Positions 48,332 through 56,554 of a stretch of DNA of 64,000 bases are shown here, piece after piece (positions within the stretch are counted from its first letter, which is position 1; each line of letters opens with the position of its first letter). Location: contig MTMD02000011.1 in assembly GCA_002010065.2 (NCBI GenBank), forward strand, positions 1 through 64,000. The letters run 5' to 3'. A program made the position numbers and the translations under genes. The notes under the pieces are model-generated. The model had not been told where the DNA came from. It saw nothing but the letters and a program-made list of their open reading frames with translations, and ran no database searches. This DNA is from Candidatus Pyrohabitans jungbluthii (GTDB taxonomy: Archaea; Hydrothermarchaeota; Hydrothermarchaeia; Hydrothermarchaeales; BMS3B).

Positions 48332-49270
48332 GTGAGCATGACCCTGACCACGGTTATACTCAACGACCCTGAGCTGGGCAGACTTCTGGGTAAGCGGGGC
48401 ACCGCCAGCGACATAACCCTGTACAACCGCAAGATGGGCGAGGAGATTTTCATTTTCGTGGAGCCTAATCAGGAGAAGCTCGGAGCAATGCTTCAGGCTA
48501 TAGCAATGGCCGACGCGGCAATAGTGCGAATAGATGCTCTCACCCCAGAGATTGGTGAGATGCTCCTTGCTCTGGATATGCTCGGAAAGAGGCAAGGCTT
48601 AGTTATCCTTGAGGGCTTGGTAAGGGAGCAGGTGCTTCCTGTGCTCAAGGGCACAGTGACTGAGGGCTATGCAGTAGTCGAGAGAGACTTCAACGCGATA
48701 ATCTCTAAGCTCAGAGGCTTTTCCCATGAAAGCAAGCCACCTACCCACGTGGAGGTGGACCACGCCTTCACAGTGAAGAGCGTTGGTACTGTGGTTCTGG
48801 GCTGTGTAAAGGGTGATAGGATAGAAAAACATGCAAAGCTCACCCTTTTGCCTCAGGGCAAAGAGGTGCTCGTCAAGTCGATTCAGATTCAGGATGAGAA
48901 TGTAGCCTACGCGGAGGCAGGCGACCGTGTGGGGCTTGCGCTTAAAGGGGTGAGCAGTGATGAGATTGAGAGGGGGAGTGTGCTAACACCTGAGCCTGAA
49001 AGCTTCAGCGTGACAAGGGAAGTGGAGCTGGACTTTGTCATGTGTCCCTACTTCAAGGGCGAGCTGAAAGCTGGCATAAAATGCATGCTCAGCGCGGGGC
49101 TGAGCTACAGGGCTGCGGTAATAAAAGATATATATGAAGCGGGTGACAATAAACTTAGGTTAGTGGTGGAAACTGAGAAGCCTGTTGTGTTAACACCAGG
49201 CGATACCGTTGTGATTGCCCGCCCAGAGGTTCGTGGACTGAGGCTTGCTGGCAGTGGAAGCGTGATTTAA
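48332..49270 (+). CDS. SelB/EF-Tu-like protein with degenerate G domain (archaeal SelB-II-domain family)
   Basis: LGKRGTASDITLYN, VDHAFTVKSVGTV.LG, VKSIQ, GDRVGLALKG; no GxxxxGK P-loop. Confidence 0.8.
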   Translation: MSMTLTTVILNDPELGRLLGKRGTASDITLYNRKMGEEIFIFVEPNQEKLGAMLQAIAMADAAIVRIDALTPEIGEMLLALDMLGKRQGLVILEGLVREQVLPVLKGTVTEGYAVVERDFNAIISKLRGFSHESKPPTHVEVDHAFTVKSVGTVVLGCVKGDRIEKHAKLTLLPQGKEVLVKSIQIQDENVAYAEAGDRVGLALKGVSSDEIERGSVLTPEPESFSVTREVELDFVMCPYFKGELKAGIKCMLSAGLSYRAAVIKDIYEAGDNKLRLVVETEKPVVLTPGDTVVIARPEVRGLRLAGSGSVI

Positions 49271-49281
49271 GAGGTGCTCTT

Positions 49282-49989
49282 ATGGAGGTGGTCAAGACTG
49301 GGATTCCGGGGTTGGATAATCTGTTCGCGATTGGAGGGTTCCCAAAGGGGAACACCATCCTACTTATAGGTGGCCCCGGAAGTGGGAAGTCCATATTCGG
49401 GATGCAATACCTGTATTCTGGAATAACAGAATACGACGAGCCCGGGATATTCATAACCTTTGAAGAGACCCCGGAGAAGATAAGGAGGAACATGCTCTCT
49501 TTTGGCTGGAACCTTGAGGAGCTAGAAAATCAGGACAAGCTCATAATAATGGATGCGGTAACTTACAGGATCTCAGGCGAAGCGGATGAAGAAACGCTCC
49601 GCTCGGGCTTGGATGTGGACAACCTAATCGCCAATCTCGATGACGCTATCTCTGCGATAAGCGCTGAGCGTGTGGTCATAGACTCGCTTTCTGTAATGGG
49701 TCTCTACGCCCATGACGAGTTTGAGAAGCGCACGAAGTTGCTACGCCTCTCCAACCTGCTGAGCATGCGCAATGTCACAAGCCTAGTGATCACAGAGGCA
49801 AGGAGTGCGGATATAGGCATAAAGGAGTTTCCCATCGAAACCTTCATGTTCGACGGAGTAATAAGCCTTCGCCTTGACACAGAAACCCAGGAGAGGAAGA
49901 TTTCAATAAGAAAGATGCGCGGTACAAAGCATGTGATTGGCTCCTTCAAGTTCTCGATAACCGACTACGGAATAGAACTTTCCCCCTAA
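49282..49989 (+). CDS. KaiC-like (RecA superfamily) single-domain ATPase
   Basis: TGIPGLD, GGPGSGKS, FEE, RVVIDSL, DGVI.L, KMRGT.H. Confidence 0.9.
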   Translation: MEVVKTGIPGLDNLFAIGGFPKGNTILLIGGPGSGKSIFGMQYLYSGITEYDEPGIFITFEETPEKIRRNMLSFGWNLEELENQDKLIIMDAVTYRISGEADEETLRSGLDVDNLIANLDDAISAISAERVVIDSLSVMGLYAHDEFEKRTKLLRLSNLLSMRNVTSLVITEARSADIGIKEFPIETFMFDGVISLRLDTETQERKISIRKMRGTKHVIGSFKFSITDYGIELSP

Positions 49990-49998
49990 GGTGTCTCT

Positions 49999-50661
49999 AT
50001 GGAAGAGAAAGAGATTATAGGCATAAGTGTGTTTGCGAACGACCGCAAGGGCCTGCTTCGCGATGTGAGCACGGTTATAGCTGAGCATGATGTGAACATA
50101 ACCTACATCCAGCAGTTCATGCAGGATGACGTGGTGCAGATATACTTTGAGCTTGATGGCGTGCGTGACTTAGATAAGCTTAAGGCAGACCTGCTCAGGG
50201 TTAACGATGTCATTGAGGTTGAGGTGCACAAGCCCTTCGAGGAGATCTACGGCAAGCGCGTTATAGTTATAGGAGGCGGCGCTCAGGTGGCGCAGGTGGT
50301 GCTCGGCGCTGTGAGCGAGGCAGACCGCCATAACCTTCGTGGCGAAAGGATAAGTGTTGATACAATTCCGCTGGTGGGTGAGGAGAAGATTGCCGAAGCC
50401 GTGCGCGCAGTTGGTCGCCTCCACCGTGCAGCCATACTGGTGCTAGCGGGCTCCCTTATGGGCGGCGAAGTCACAGAGGCGGTGCAGGAGCTTAAGGCAG
50501 ACTATGGCATACCCGTAATCTCCCTGAACATGGCAGGCTCTGTGCCCGAGGTGGCTGACCTGGTTGTTACTGACCCTGTACAGGCAGGGGTCATGGCTGT
50601 TATGGCAATAGCAAAAACAGCGAGCTTCGATCTGGAAAAAGTGAAGGGGAAGAGGTTTTAA
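49999..50661 (+). CDS. ACT-domain protein with DUF5612-type C-terminal domain
   Basis: N-terminal ACT, then YGKRVIVIGGGAQVAQV, EADRHNLRGERISVDTIP, DPVQAG. Confidence 0.8.
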   Translation: MEEKEIIGISVFANDRKGLLRDVSTVIAEHDVNITYIQQFMQDDVVQIYFELDGVRDLDKLKADLLRVNDVIEVEVHKPFEEIYGKRVIVIGGGAQVAQVVLGAVSEADRHNLRGERISVDTIPLVGEEKIAEAVRAVGRLHRAAILVLAGSLMGGEVTEAVQELKADYGIPVISLNMAGSVPEVADLVVTDPVQAGVMAVMAIAKTASFDLEKVKGKRF

Positions 50662-50668
50662 AGACAGA

Positions 50669-53305
50669 GTGAGGAGTATGAGAAAAGGAGAGCTGATTCT
50701 TTACCTTGCGGTGCTTGTGGCGCTTCTCTCCACGAGCTTCGTAGGCATCGCCACCGATTATCTATGGTTCAGCAGCCTTGGCTATGCGCAGGTTTTTATT
50801 AAAATCTGGAAGACGAGGCTTCTGCTCGCATTTCTGGTGGCGTTGCTCTTTTTCACCGCGGCCTACATAAACCTTCTCGCCTCGAGGAAGTTCTCAGGCG
50901 TAGCGCCACCGCGAGCGCTCTACACGGCTGTTTCCCTCCTTCTCAGCCTTTTCCTTGCCCTAGCTGCGTCGCGAGGGTGGGAGCTTTTCCTGTGGTACTC
51001 GCAAGCGACGCCTTTTAACATAGCTGACCCCGTTTTTCAGAAGGACATCTCCTTCTATGTGTTTCGCTTACCCTTCTATGAATTTCTCTGGAACCTTGCC
51101 TTTCTCTTCCTCGTTTTCATAGCAGCGCTTACGGCGCTCATATACCTCTATGGCGCAGGTGCTGTGCTGCGCGAGCGCATTTTCGGCGAAATCGTGGCGC
51201 TGCTTCCCATCCAAGCGAAGTTTCACGCAGGTGCAATCGCTGGCTTGTTTGCTCTGCTCTTCGCCACCAAATTTTACCTCTCCCGCTACCGCGTGCTCTT
51301 CACAGCTAAAGACACCTTCTTTGGCGCTGGTTATGCCGAGATTAATGTGTACCTCCCTGTGCTTTCTCTCTTAGCTGTAATAGCCGTGGCTGTGGCGGTG
51401 CTCTTCTTTGCAGCGAGGTGGGTGGGCTTTAAGATACCTGTTGCCATGGTTGCGCTTGCTGTGATAGTAGCGATAGGAGGCAGCTTTTTAACAGGCACAG
51501 TGCAGCACTACCAGGTGGCGCCAGACGAATTCAACTATGAGCGCCCGTATATAGAGCAGAGCATAAAGTTCACCCGCATTGCGTACAACCTGGATAAAAT
51601 AAAAGAGGTGGAGTTTCCTGCCACGCAGAATTTAACCATTGAGGACATTAAAAATAACGAGGAGACCATAAGAAATATCCGCCTGTGGGACTACCGCCCG
51701 CTGAAGCGCACCCTGGAGCAGCTTCAGCTCATCCGCACCTACTATGCCTTCCAAGACGTCGACGTCGACCGCTATGTTTTGAACGGGGAATACAAGCAGG
51801 TTATGCTGGCTGCGAGAGAACTCAACACAGAGCTTCTGGCTGAGCAGTCCCTCACCTGGATAAATAAGCACCTATTTTACACCCACGGTTATGGCATAGC
51901 GATGAGCCTTGTTAATGAGGTTTCAAGCGAAGGCTTACCCGTGTTTGTGGTGAAGGATATCCCGCCAAGGTCGCCATACATTAATATCACCAGACCTGAG
52001 ATATACTACGGGGAGCTTATCGATACCTACGTGATAGTTAAGACTAAGACGGAGGAGTTTGACTATCCAAAGGGGGATGAGAACGTCTACACCACCTACG
52101 AAGGCGAGGGTGGGGTAGTGCTTGACTCAGGCTTAAAGAGGCTCGCCTATGCCCTGCGCTTTGGAAGCGCTAAGATATTTCTTAGCAACTCAATAACCCA
52201 TGATAGCAGGATAATGTACCACAGGAACATAAGGGAGAGGGTGGCCAAGCTCGCCCCATTCCTGGTCTACGACAGCGACCCCTACCTTGTTGTTGCAGAG
52301 GGCAAGCTGTACTGGATAATAGACGCATATACGGTTAGCAGCGACTTCCCCTACTCAGAGCCCACGAGGGGGATAAACTATGTGCGCAACGCTGTAAAGG
52401 CGGTGGTGGACGCGTATTCAGGTAAGGTGAACTTCTACATCGCTGACCCCAGCGATGCGATAATCAAAACCTATGCAAAAGCCTTCCCGGAGCTCTTTAA
52501 ACCCCTTGAAGAGATGCCCCCCGAGCTAAGAATGCACCTCCGCTACCCTGTAGACTACTTTTTGATACAGGCAAATAAGTACGCCACCTACCATATGCTG
52601 GATCCGCGAGTGTTCTACAACCGCGAGGACGTGTGGAACATCCCAGAGGAGCTTTACGAGGGTGACAGGGTAAAAATGGAGCCGTATTATCTGATAACCA
52701 AGCTACCTGGCGAGGAGAAGGCGGAGTTCATTCTAATGCTGCCATTTACACCCAGGAATAAAAACAACCTCGTTGCCTGGCTCGCTGCCAGAAGCGATGG
52801 CGAGCACTACGGCGAGCGCATAGTGTATATCTTCCCTAAGGATAAGCTCATCTATGGACCGATGCAGATTGAGGCGAGGATAGACCAGAATCCGGAGATT
52901 TCCCAGTACTTCACTCTCTGGGATCAGGCAGGCACCCGGGTTATAAGGGGCAACCTGCTTGTCATACCAATTCGCGAGTCGCTCCTCTATGTTGAGCCAG
53001 TGTTCCTGCGGGCAGAGCAGCGCGACTCTCTGCCAGAGCTCAAGCGGGTTATCGTAGCCTTTGGGGAGAGGATTGCCATGGAGGAGACGCTGGATGCTGC
53101 AATAGAGAAGGTGTTCGGCAGGGCTCCGGAGGAGGTTGAAGAGGTGGCTCTACCACCCACCACCGGAGACAGGGAGGAAATAATAAGGCAGCTACTCCAG
53201 CACTACTCCGCCGCCAGGGAGGCGCTCCGCAACGAGGATTTAGTTGGCTTTGGAAAGGAGTTTGAAGCAATAGGCAGGCTACTTGAAGAGCTTGAAGGGA
53301 GGTAG
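50669..53305 (+). CDS. UPF0182 family membrane protein
   Basis: WF.SLGY, DPVF.KDISFYVF.LP, NIRLWD, YTHGYG, PEIYYGE, NYVRN.VK.VVDAY.G, GNLLVIP, LYVEP. Confidence 0.92.
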   Translation: MRSMRKGELILYLAVLVALLSTSFVGIATDYLWFSSLGYAQVFIKIWKTRLLLAFLVALLFFTAAYINLLASRKFSGVAPPRALYTAVSLLLSLFLALAASRGWELFLWYSQATPFNIADPVFQKDISFYVFRLPFYEFLWNLAFLFLVFIAALTALIYLYGAGAVLRERIFGEIVALLPIQAKFHAGAIAGLFALLFATKFYLSRYRVLFTAKDTFFGAGYAEINVYLPVLSLLAVIAVAVAVLFFAARWVGFKIPVAMVALAVIVAIGGSFLTGTVQHYQVAPDEFNYERPYIEQSIKFTRIAYNLDKIKEVEFPATQNLTIEDIKNNEETIRNIRLWDYRPLKRTLEQLQLIRTYYAFQDVDVDRYVLNGEYKQVMLAARELNTELLAEQSLTWINKHLFYTHGYGIAMSLVNEVSSEGLPVFVVKDIPPRSPYINITRPEIYYGELIDTYVIVKTKTEEFDYPKGDENVYTTYEGEGGVVLDSGLKRLAYALRFGSAKIFLSNSITHDSRIMYHRNIRERVAKLAPFLVYDSDPYLVVAEGKLYWIIDAYTVSSDFPYSEPTRGINYVRNAVKAVVDAYSGKVNFYIADPSDAIIKTYAKAFPELFKPLEEMPPELRMHLRYPVDYFLIQANKYATYHMLDPRVFYNREDVWNIPEELYEGDRVKMEPYYLITKLPGEEKAEFILMLPFTPRNKNNLVAWLAARSDGEHYGERIVYIFPKDKLIYGPMQIEARIDQNPEISQYFTLWDQAGTRVIRGNLLVIPIRESLLYVEPVFLRAEQRDSLPELKRVIVAFGERIAMEETLDAAIEKVFGRAPEEVEEVALPPTTGDREEIIRQLLQHYSAAREALRNEDLVGFGKEFEAIGRLLEELEGR

Positions 53306-53309
53306 CTGC

Positions 53310-53666
53310 ATGCTATTTCTGCTACGCATCGCAATTTTTGCTCTCGCCTTGTTCCTGCTCTGGCGGATTCTGCGCGAATACTACGATACTCTGAAGGAAC
53401 GACTGCCAAGAAGGGCGGAGAAGGGAAAGAAAGTGGTTGAGCCGAGGGTGGAGAGCTTCAAAAAGGGCGAGAAGATGGTCATGCGCATCTACCTGCCGGG
53501 CGTGACTTCTGAGAGGGATATAAGCCTGAGGATACTGCAGGAATCCATAGAGGTGCGCGCAGATGGCAGGCAAGAATCCTTCTTCAAAATTATACCCATA
53601 AATTCGAAAAACAGGGTGCACTCAAAAAAATTTGAGCCGCCAGTACTTGAAATAGAGATGGGGTAA
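53310..53666 (+). CDS. Membrane-anchored Hsp20/alpha-crystallin-like protein
   Basis: N-terminal TM, then EP......IYLPGV...DI......IEVRA....FFK......F...VLEI. Confidence 0.55.
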   Translation: MLFLLRIAIFALALFLLWRILREYYDTLKERLPRRAEKGKKVVEPRVESFKKGEKMVMRIYLPGVTSERDISLRILQESIEVRADGRQESFFKIIPINSKNRVHSKKFEPPVLEIEMG

Positions 53667-53688
53667 AATAATAAAATAAAAAAGGGAG

Positions 53689-53859
53689 CTACCACCAGCT
53701 TATAACCTTGTCCGCTGCGAATATCTCATCCACAAGAGCGTCGTAGTCTTTATTCTTGTAAAGCTCAAAGATTTTCACATCGTGCTCCTTCTTGTGCACC
53801 TCTATTATCTCCTTCACCCTGTCGCTGGGCTCTGACCTGAGAATCTCCAGTATCTTCAT
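53689..53859 (-). CDS. Small DsrH/TusB-like protein (56 aa), absent from the ORF track
   Basis: Manual translation MKILEILRSEPSDRVKEIIEVHKKEHDVKIFELYKNKDYDALVDEIFAADKVISWW*; GAGGTGA SD upstream; DY..LVD.I...D.VISW tail. Confidence 0.7.
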   Translation of the reverse strand: MKILEILRSEPSDRVKEIIEVHKKEHDVKIFELYKNKDYDALVDEIFAADKVISWW

Positions 53860-53869
53860 CTACATCACC

Positions 53870-54175
53870 TCAGTAGGGTATAATCACATCGAACTCCAGC
53901 ATCTTCTTTGCCATTTCCTCAACGCTCATCTCTTCGATGTACTCGCTCTTCTCGACGTTCTTTGGATTGTTGGAAACCACCAGCCCGTCGTTGTCTCTTA
54001 TCCACTCCAGGTTCTCTGCTGTATCTCCGCGATCAACATCGTAGTCCACATCTATAATCATTAAGCTTGGGTCATTACCGCCGAGCATTGTTCCAAGGGC
54101 TGAGCGGCTTGCCTCTTCCTGAACATATCCATCCTCGCTATTGGTTATAAACACTACAGAGACCATCCTCTTCAC
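53870..54175 (-). CDS. DsrF/DsrE-fold-like protein without Cys
   Basis: EA.RSA.G, S.EE.A.....D.IIPY terminus; middle gene of the three-gene cluster. Confidence 0.55.
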   Translation of the reverse strand: MKRMVSVVFITNSEDGYVQEEASRSALGTMLGGNDPSLMIIDVDYDVDRGDTAENLEWIRDNDGLVVSNNPKNVEKSEYIEEMSVEEMAKKMLEFDVIIPY

Positions 54176-54178
54176 CTC

Positions 54179-54481
54179 CTATAGCACCACATACCTATCC
54201 ACATTCTTCAGCATGTCTGCATTGTAGTCCTGGCTACTCTTCTTTATCCCTTCTGGAACCTCGTCCTCCTTGAAACCAAGTTCCTCAAAGCTGTGGAGAC
54301 ACATCGCAACGTCTGCCCCTGCTTTGACCAGTTCCTTCGCCTGCTCTGTAGGAACAAGCTTAACCCCTGGACCTGTGAAGAAAACTCTAACCTCATGCCC
54401 CTTGGCTATTGCAGCCTTGGTCAGGCCCACCAAATCTTCCGCATGCCTGTCGGTGCACACAAATATGCCAAGCTTTCCCAT
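54179..54481 (-). CDS. DsrE-family sulfur-relay/peroxiredoxin-like protein
   Basis: AA.AKGHEV.VFFTG.GV, conserved Cys in VAMCLHS, terminal DRYVVL. Confidence 0.75.
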   Translation of the reverse strand: MGKLGIFVCTDRHAEDLVGLTKAAIAKGHEVRVFFTGPGVKLVPTEQAKELVKAGADVAMCLHSFEELGFKEDEVPEGIKKSSQDYNADMLKNVDRYVVL

Positions 54482-54643
54482 GTCAATCACCGATTACAAC
54501 TATGCTTGCTTTTATTTAAACTTTATTTTCACAAAAATCGAACTCTGTTCAGGTTGTGCTTTCGCTTATACTACGCTTGTGATTCTCCGTCCTGAAGTAA
54601 AATTTAAATATCTCAACCACGAGGACAAGGACGAGGTGGTAGG

Positions 54644-54940
54644 ATGAAGCTGGGTGTCTTTATCAGTGACTTTAAATACGACGCAGAGCTTTTCGACCGC
54701 ATAGCAAGCGATGAGACAGGCGTATTTCTGGTGCACGATGGGGTTTACAATGCCGTTGTTAAGGAGAACGGCAAACCCTCACCGCTTCTCGAGAAGGTGT
54801 CCAAAATCTTTGTGCTGAAGGACGACCTCAAGCTTCGCGGCTTCACCGAAGATGCCGTGCCAAGCAATGTGGAGGTTGTGGACTACGGTGATATTGTGGA
54901 CAAGCTCATGGAAGAGTACAAGAGGGCGATATGGCTTTAA
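54644..54940 (+). CDS. DsrH/TusB family sulfur-relay protein
   Basis: FLVHDGVY, LKDDLKLRG, VVDYGDIVD, terminal IW. Confidence 0.8.
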   Translation: MKLGVFISDFKYDAELFDRIASDETGVFLVHDGVYNAVVKENGKPSPLLEKVSKIFVLKDDLKLRGFTEDAVPSNVEVVDYGDIVDKLMEEYKRAIWL

Positions 54941-54955
54941 GGAGGAGGTAGGAGA

Positions 54956-55315
54956 ATGGGAACCCTGACAATAGGACTTCTTACCAGACCGTACGGCTCA
55001 AAGAACATAGCTTTTGTTCTCAGGTTGGCGAAGGCTGCTCTGGAGAAGGGGCACAGTGTCAAGCTCTGGCTGAGTGGTGATGCAACCACGGTTGCGAAGA
55101 AAGGGCAGCACAAGTACCAGAAGAGCTTCAACTTCGAGGCAGACCTCAAGGAGCTTATAGAGAGGGGCCTCGAGGTGGTTAACTGCGAGAGCTGCGTTTA
55201 CATCCGTGGAATAAACGATGAGGAGATGATTGACGGGGTGCAGGTAAAGACCATGACTTGGTTCATGGAGAACGCGCTCTCAAGCGATGCTGCGCTTATG
55301 ATAGGAGAGGAGTGA
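54956..55315 (+). CDS. DsrE/TusD family sulfur-relay protein
   Basis: PYGS, LA.AALEKGH.V..W..GD, CESC..RG. Confidence 0.82.
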   Translation: MGTLTIGLLTRPYGSKNIAFVLRLAKAALEKGHSVKLWLSGDATTVAKKGQHKYQKSFNFEADLKELIERGLEVVNCESCVYIRGINDEEMIDGVQVKTMTWFMENALSSDAALMIGEE

Positions 55316-55316
55316 A

Positions 55317-55709
55317 ATGGCGGATAAGAGTGTATTCTTTCTGGTAAGGAAGACGTTCAAGGAGGAGGTTCCCAACACTGCCATTGACCACGCCCTCGGC
55401 TGCCTCACAGTGCTGGAGTTCGAGGTTGAGCCCATCGTAGCTTTCATTGAGGAAGGTGTGCTTAACTGCCTTCGCGGGCAGGATGGGCTAGGCACTTACG
55501 GCATTGAGAGCCCTGAGGACCGCATAAAGATGCTGCTTATGAGCGAGGTAAAGGTGCTCGCGTGCAAGGAGGACATGGAGCGCTATGGCATAACCGAAGA
55601 TATGCTCTGCGATGCCAAGGAGTTCGACGTAGAAGAGACCATTCAGCCGGTGAGCTTCGAAGAAATCAAGAAGGGCATGGAAAGCGCAGACATGGTGATG
55701 GTTTTCTAA
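55317..55709 (+). CDS. DsrF/TusC family sulfur-relay protein
   Basis: FIEEGV...L.GQ, ACKEDMERYGI, terminal ADMVMVF. Confidence 0.75.
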   Translation: MADKSVFFLVRKTFKEEVPNTAIDHALGCLTVLEFEVEPIVAFIEEGVLNCLRGQDGLGTYGIESPEDRIKMLLMSEVKVLACKEDMERYGITEDMLCDAKEFDVEETIQPVSFEEIKKGMESADMVMVF

Positions 55710-55737
55710 GCCCTCCAGGTTTTTTGCTTTTTGTGGA
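55710..55737 (+). terminator. T-rich putative terminator after the dsrHEF-like genes
   Basis: CTCCAGGTTTTTTGCTTTTTGTGGAG oligo-T tract, followed by a new AT-rich promoter-like stretch before dsrM. Confidence 0.4.
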
Positions 55738-55816
55738 GATGCAACAGAAAAAGGGACTGTTAAAAAATAGTAAAGTATTTATATTAAATTTAAAAACATC
55801 TGAGTGAGGTGGTACT

Positions 55817-56554
55817 ATGGGAGTCCTGGCAAACTTTGTTGTGAATGTGTTGCCGTATATAACCTTCATAGTTTTTGTCGTGGGGGTTATATACCGCATT
55901 GCGGTGTGGTGGAGCAGACCATCGCCGATACCCATTGCCGTCTTCCCGGGACAGCGAAGCGTTGGCAGCGCAATAGTGAGGGTGCTAAGCGATGTGATTT
56001 TCTTCCGCTCTCTGCTGCAGTTCAAGGGGAATCAGATCCTGTGGCTTGGCGCGTGGCTATTCCACATAAGCTTTGGCCTCATTCTGCTGCGCCACCTGCG
56101 ATACTTCCTGGGTGCTGAGGCGGTGCCCGGCTGGGTGGCAGCGGTTCAGGGAATAGGCATAGCTGCTGCGCTTGTGATAAGCATACCCTTGCTCTACCTG
56201 CTGCTACGCAGGATAGTGCACGCGGACATAAAGTGGATTTCTACGCCCGCTGACTACTTCGTGCTTCTGCTGATACTCAGCGTGGTGCTCTCAGGGTTAT
56301 ACGCCAAGTACTTTGCCCGCCCCTTCGTGGTCGACGTTAAGTACGTGATACGCAGCTTGATGGCGCTCAAGCCAGTGGACCTAAGCACCGTGACCCTGAA
56401 CACAGCATTCCTGGTGCACTTCTTCTTGGTGCAAGTGCTGGCGATGTACATACCCTTCAGCAAGGTGATGCACTTCGGCGGGATATTCTTCTCGCCCACG
56501 CGAACCCACCACTTCGGTGGTGAGGCGCACACCAAGCAGCTTGAGGAGGCGTGA
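55817..56554 (+). CDS. dsrM: DsrM/HmeC (NarI-like b-type cytochrome) membrane subunit
   Basis: FFRSL, W.FH.....LRHLRYF, RR.....IS...DY..L.L, HF.L...L..Y.PFSK.MH..G.FFSPTR. Confidence 0.9.
   Translation: MGVLANFVVNVLPYITFIVFVVGVIYRIAVWWSRPSPIPIAVFPGQRSVGSAIVRVLSDVIFFRSLLQFKGNQILWLGAWLFHISFGLILLRHLRYFLGAEAVPGWVAAVQGIGIAAALVISIPLLYLLLRRIVHADIKWISTPADYFVLLLILSVVLSGLYAKYFARPFVVDVKYVIRSLMALKPVDLSTVTLNTAFLVHFFLVQVLAMYIPFSKVMHFGGIFFSPTRTHHFGGEAHTKQLEEA

Noticed and set aside
48332-49270. Evidence for selenocysteine decoding from the SelB-like gene
   Set aside because: The protein lacks the GTPase P-loop and matches the SelB-like family found in non-Sec archaea. I noticed no in-frame UGA selenoprotein in the window, and the tRNA at 16911 has anticodon UGA (Ser), not UCA.
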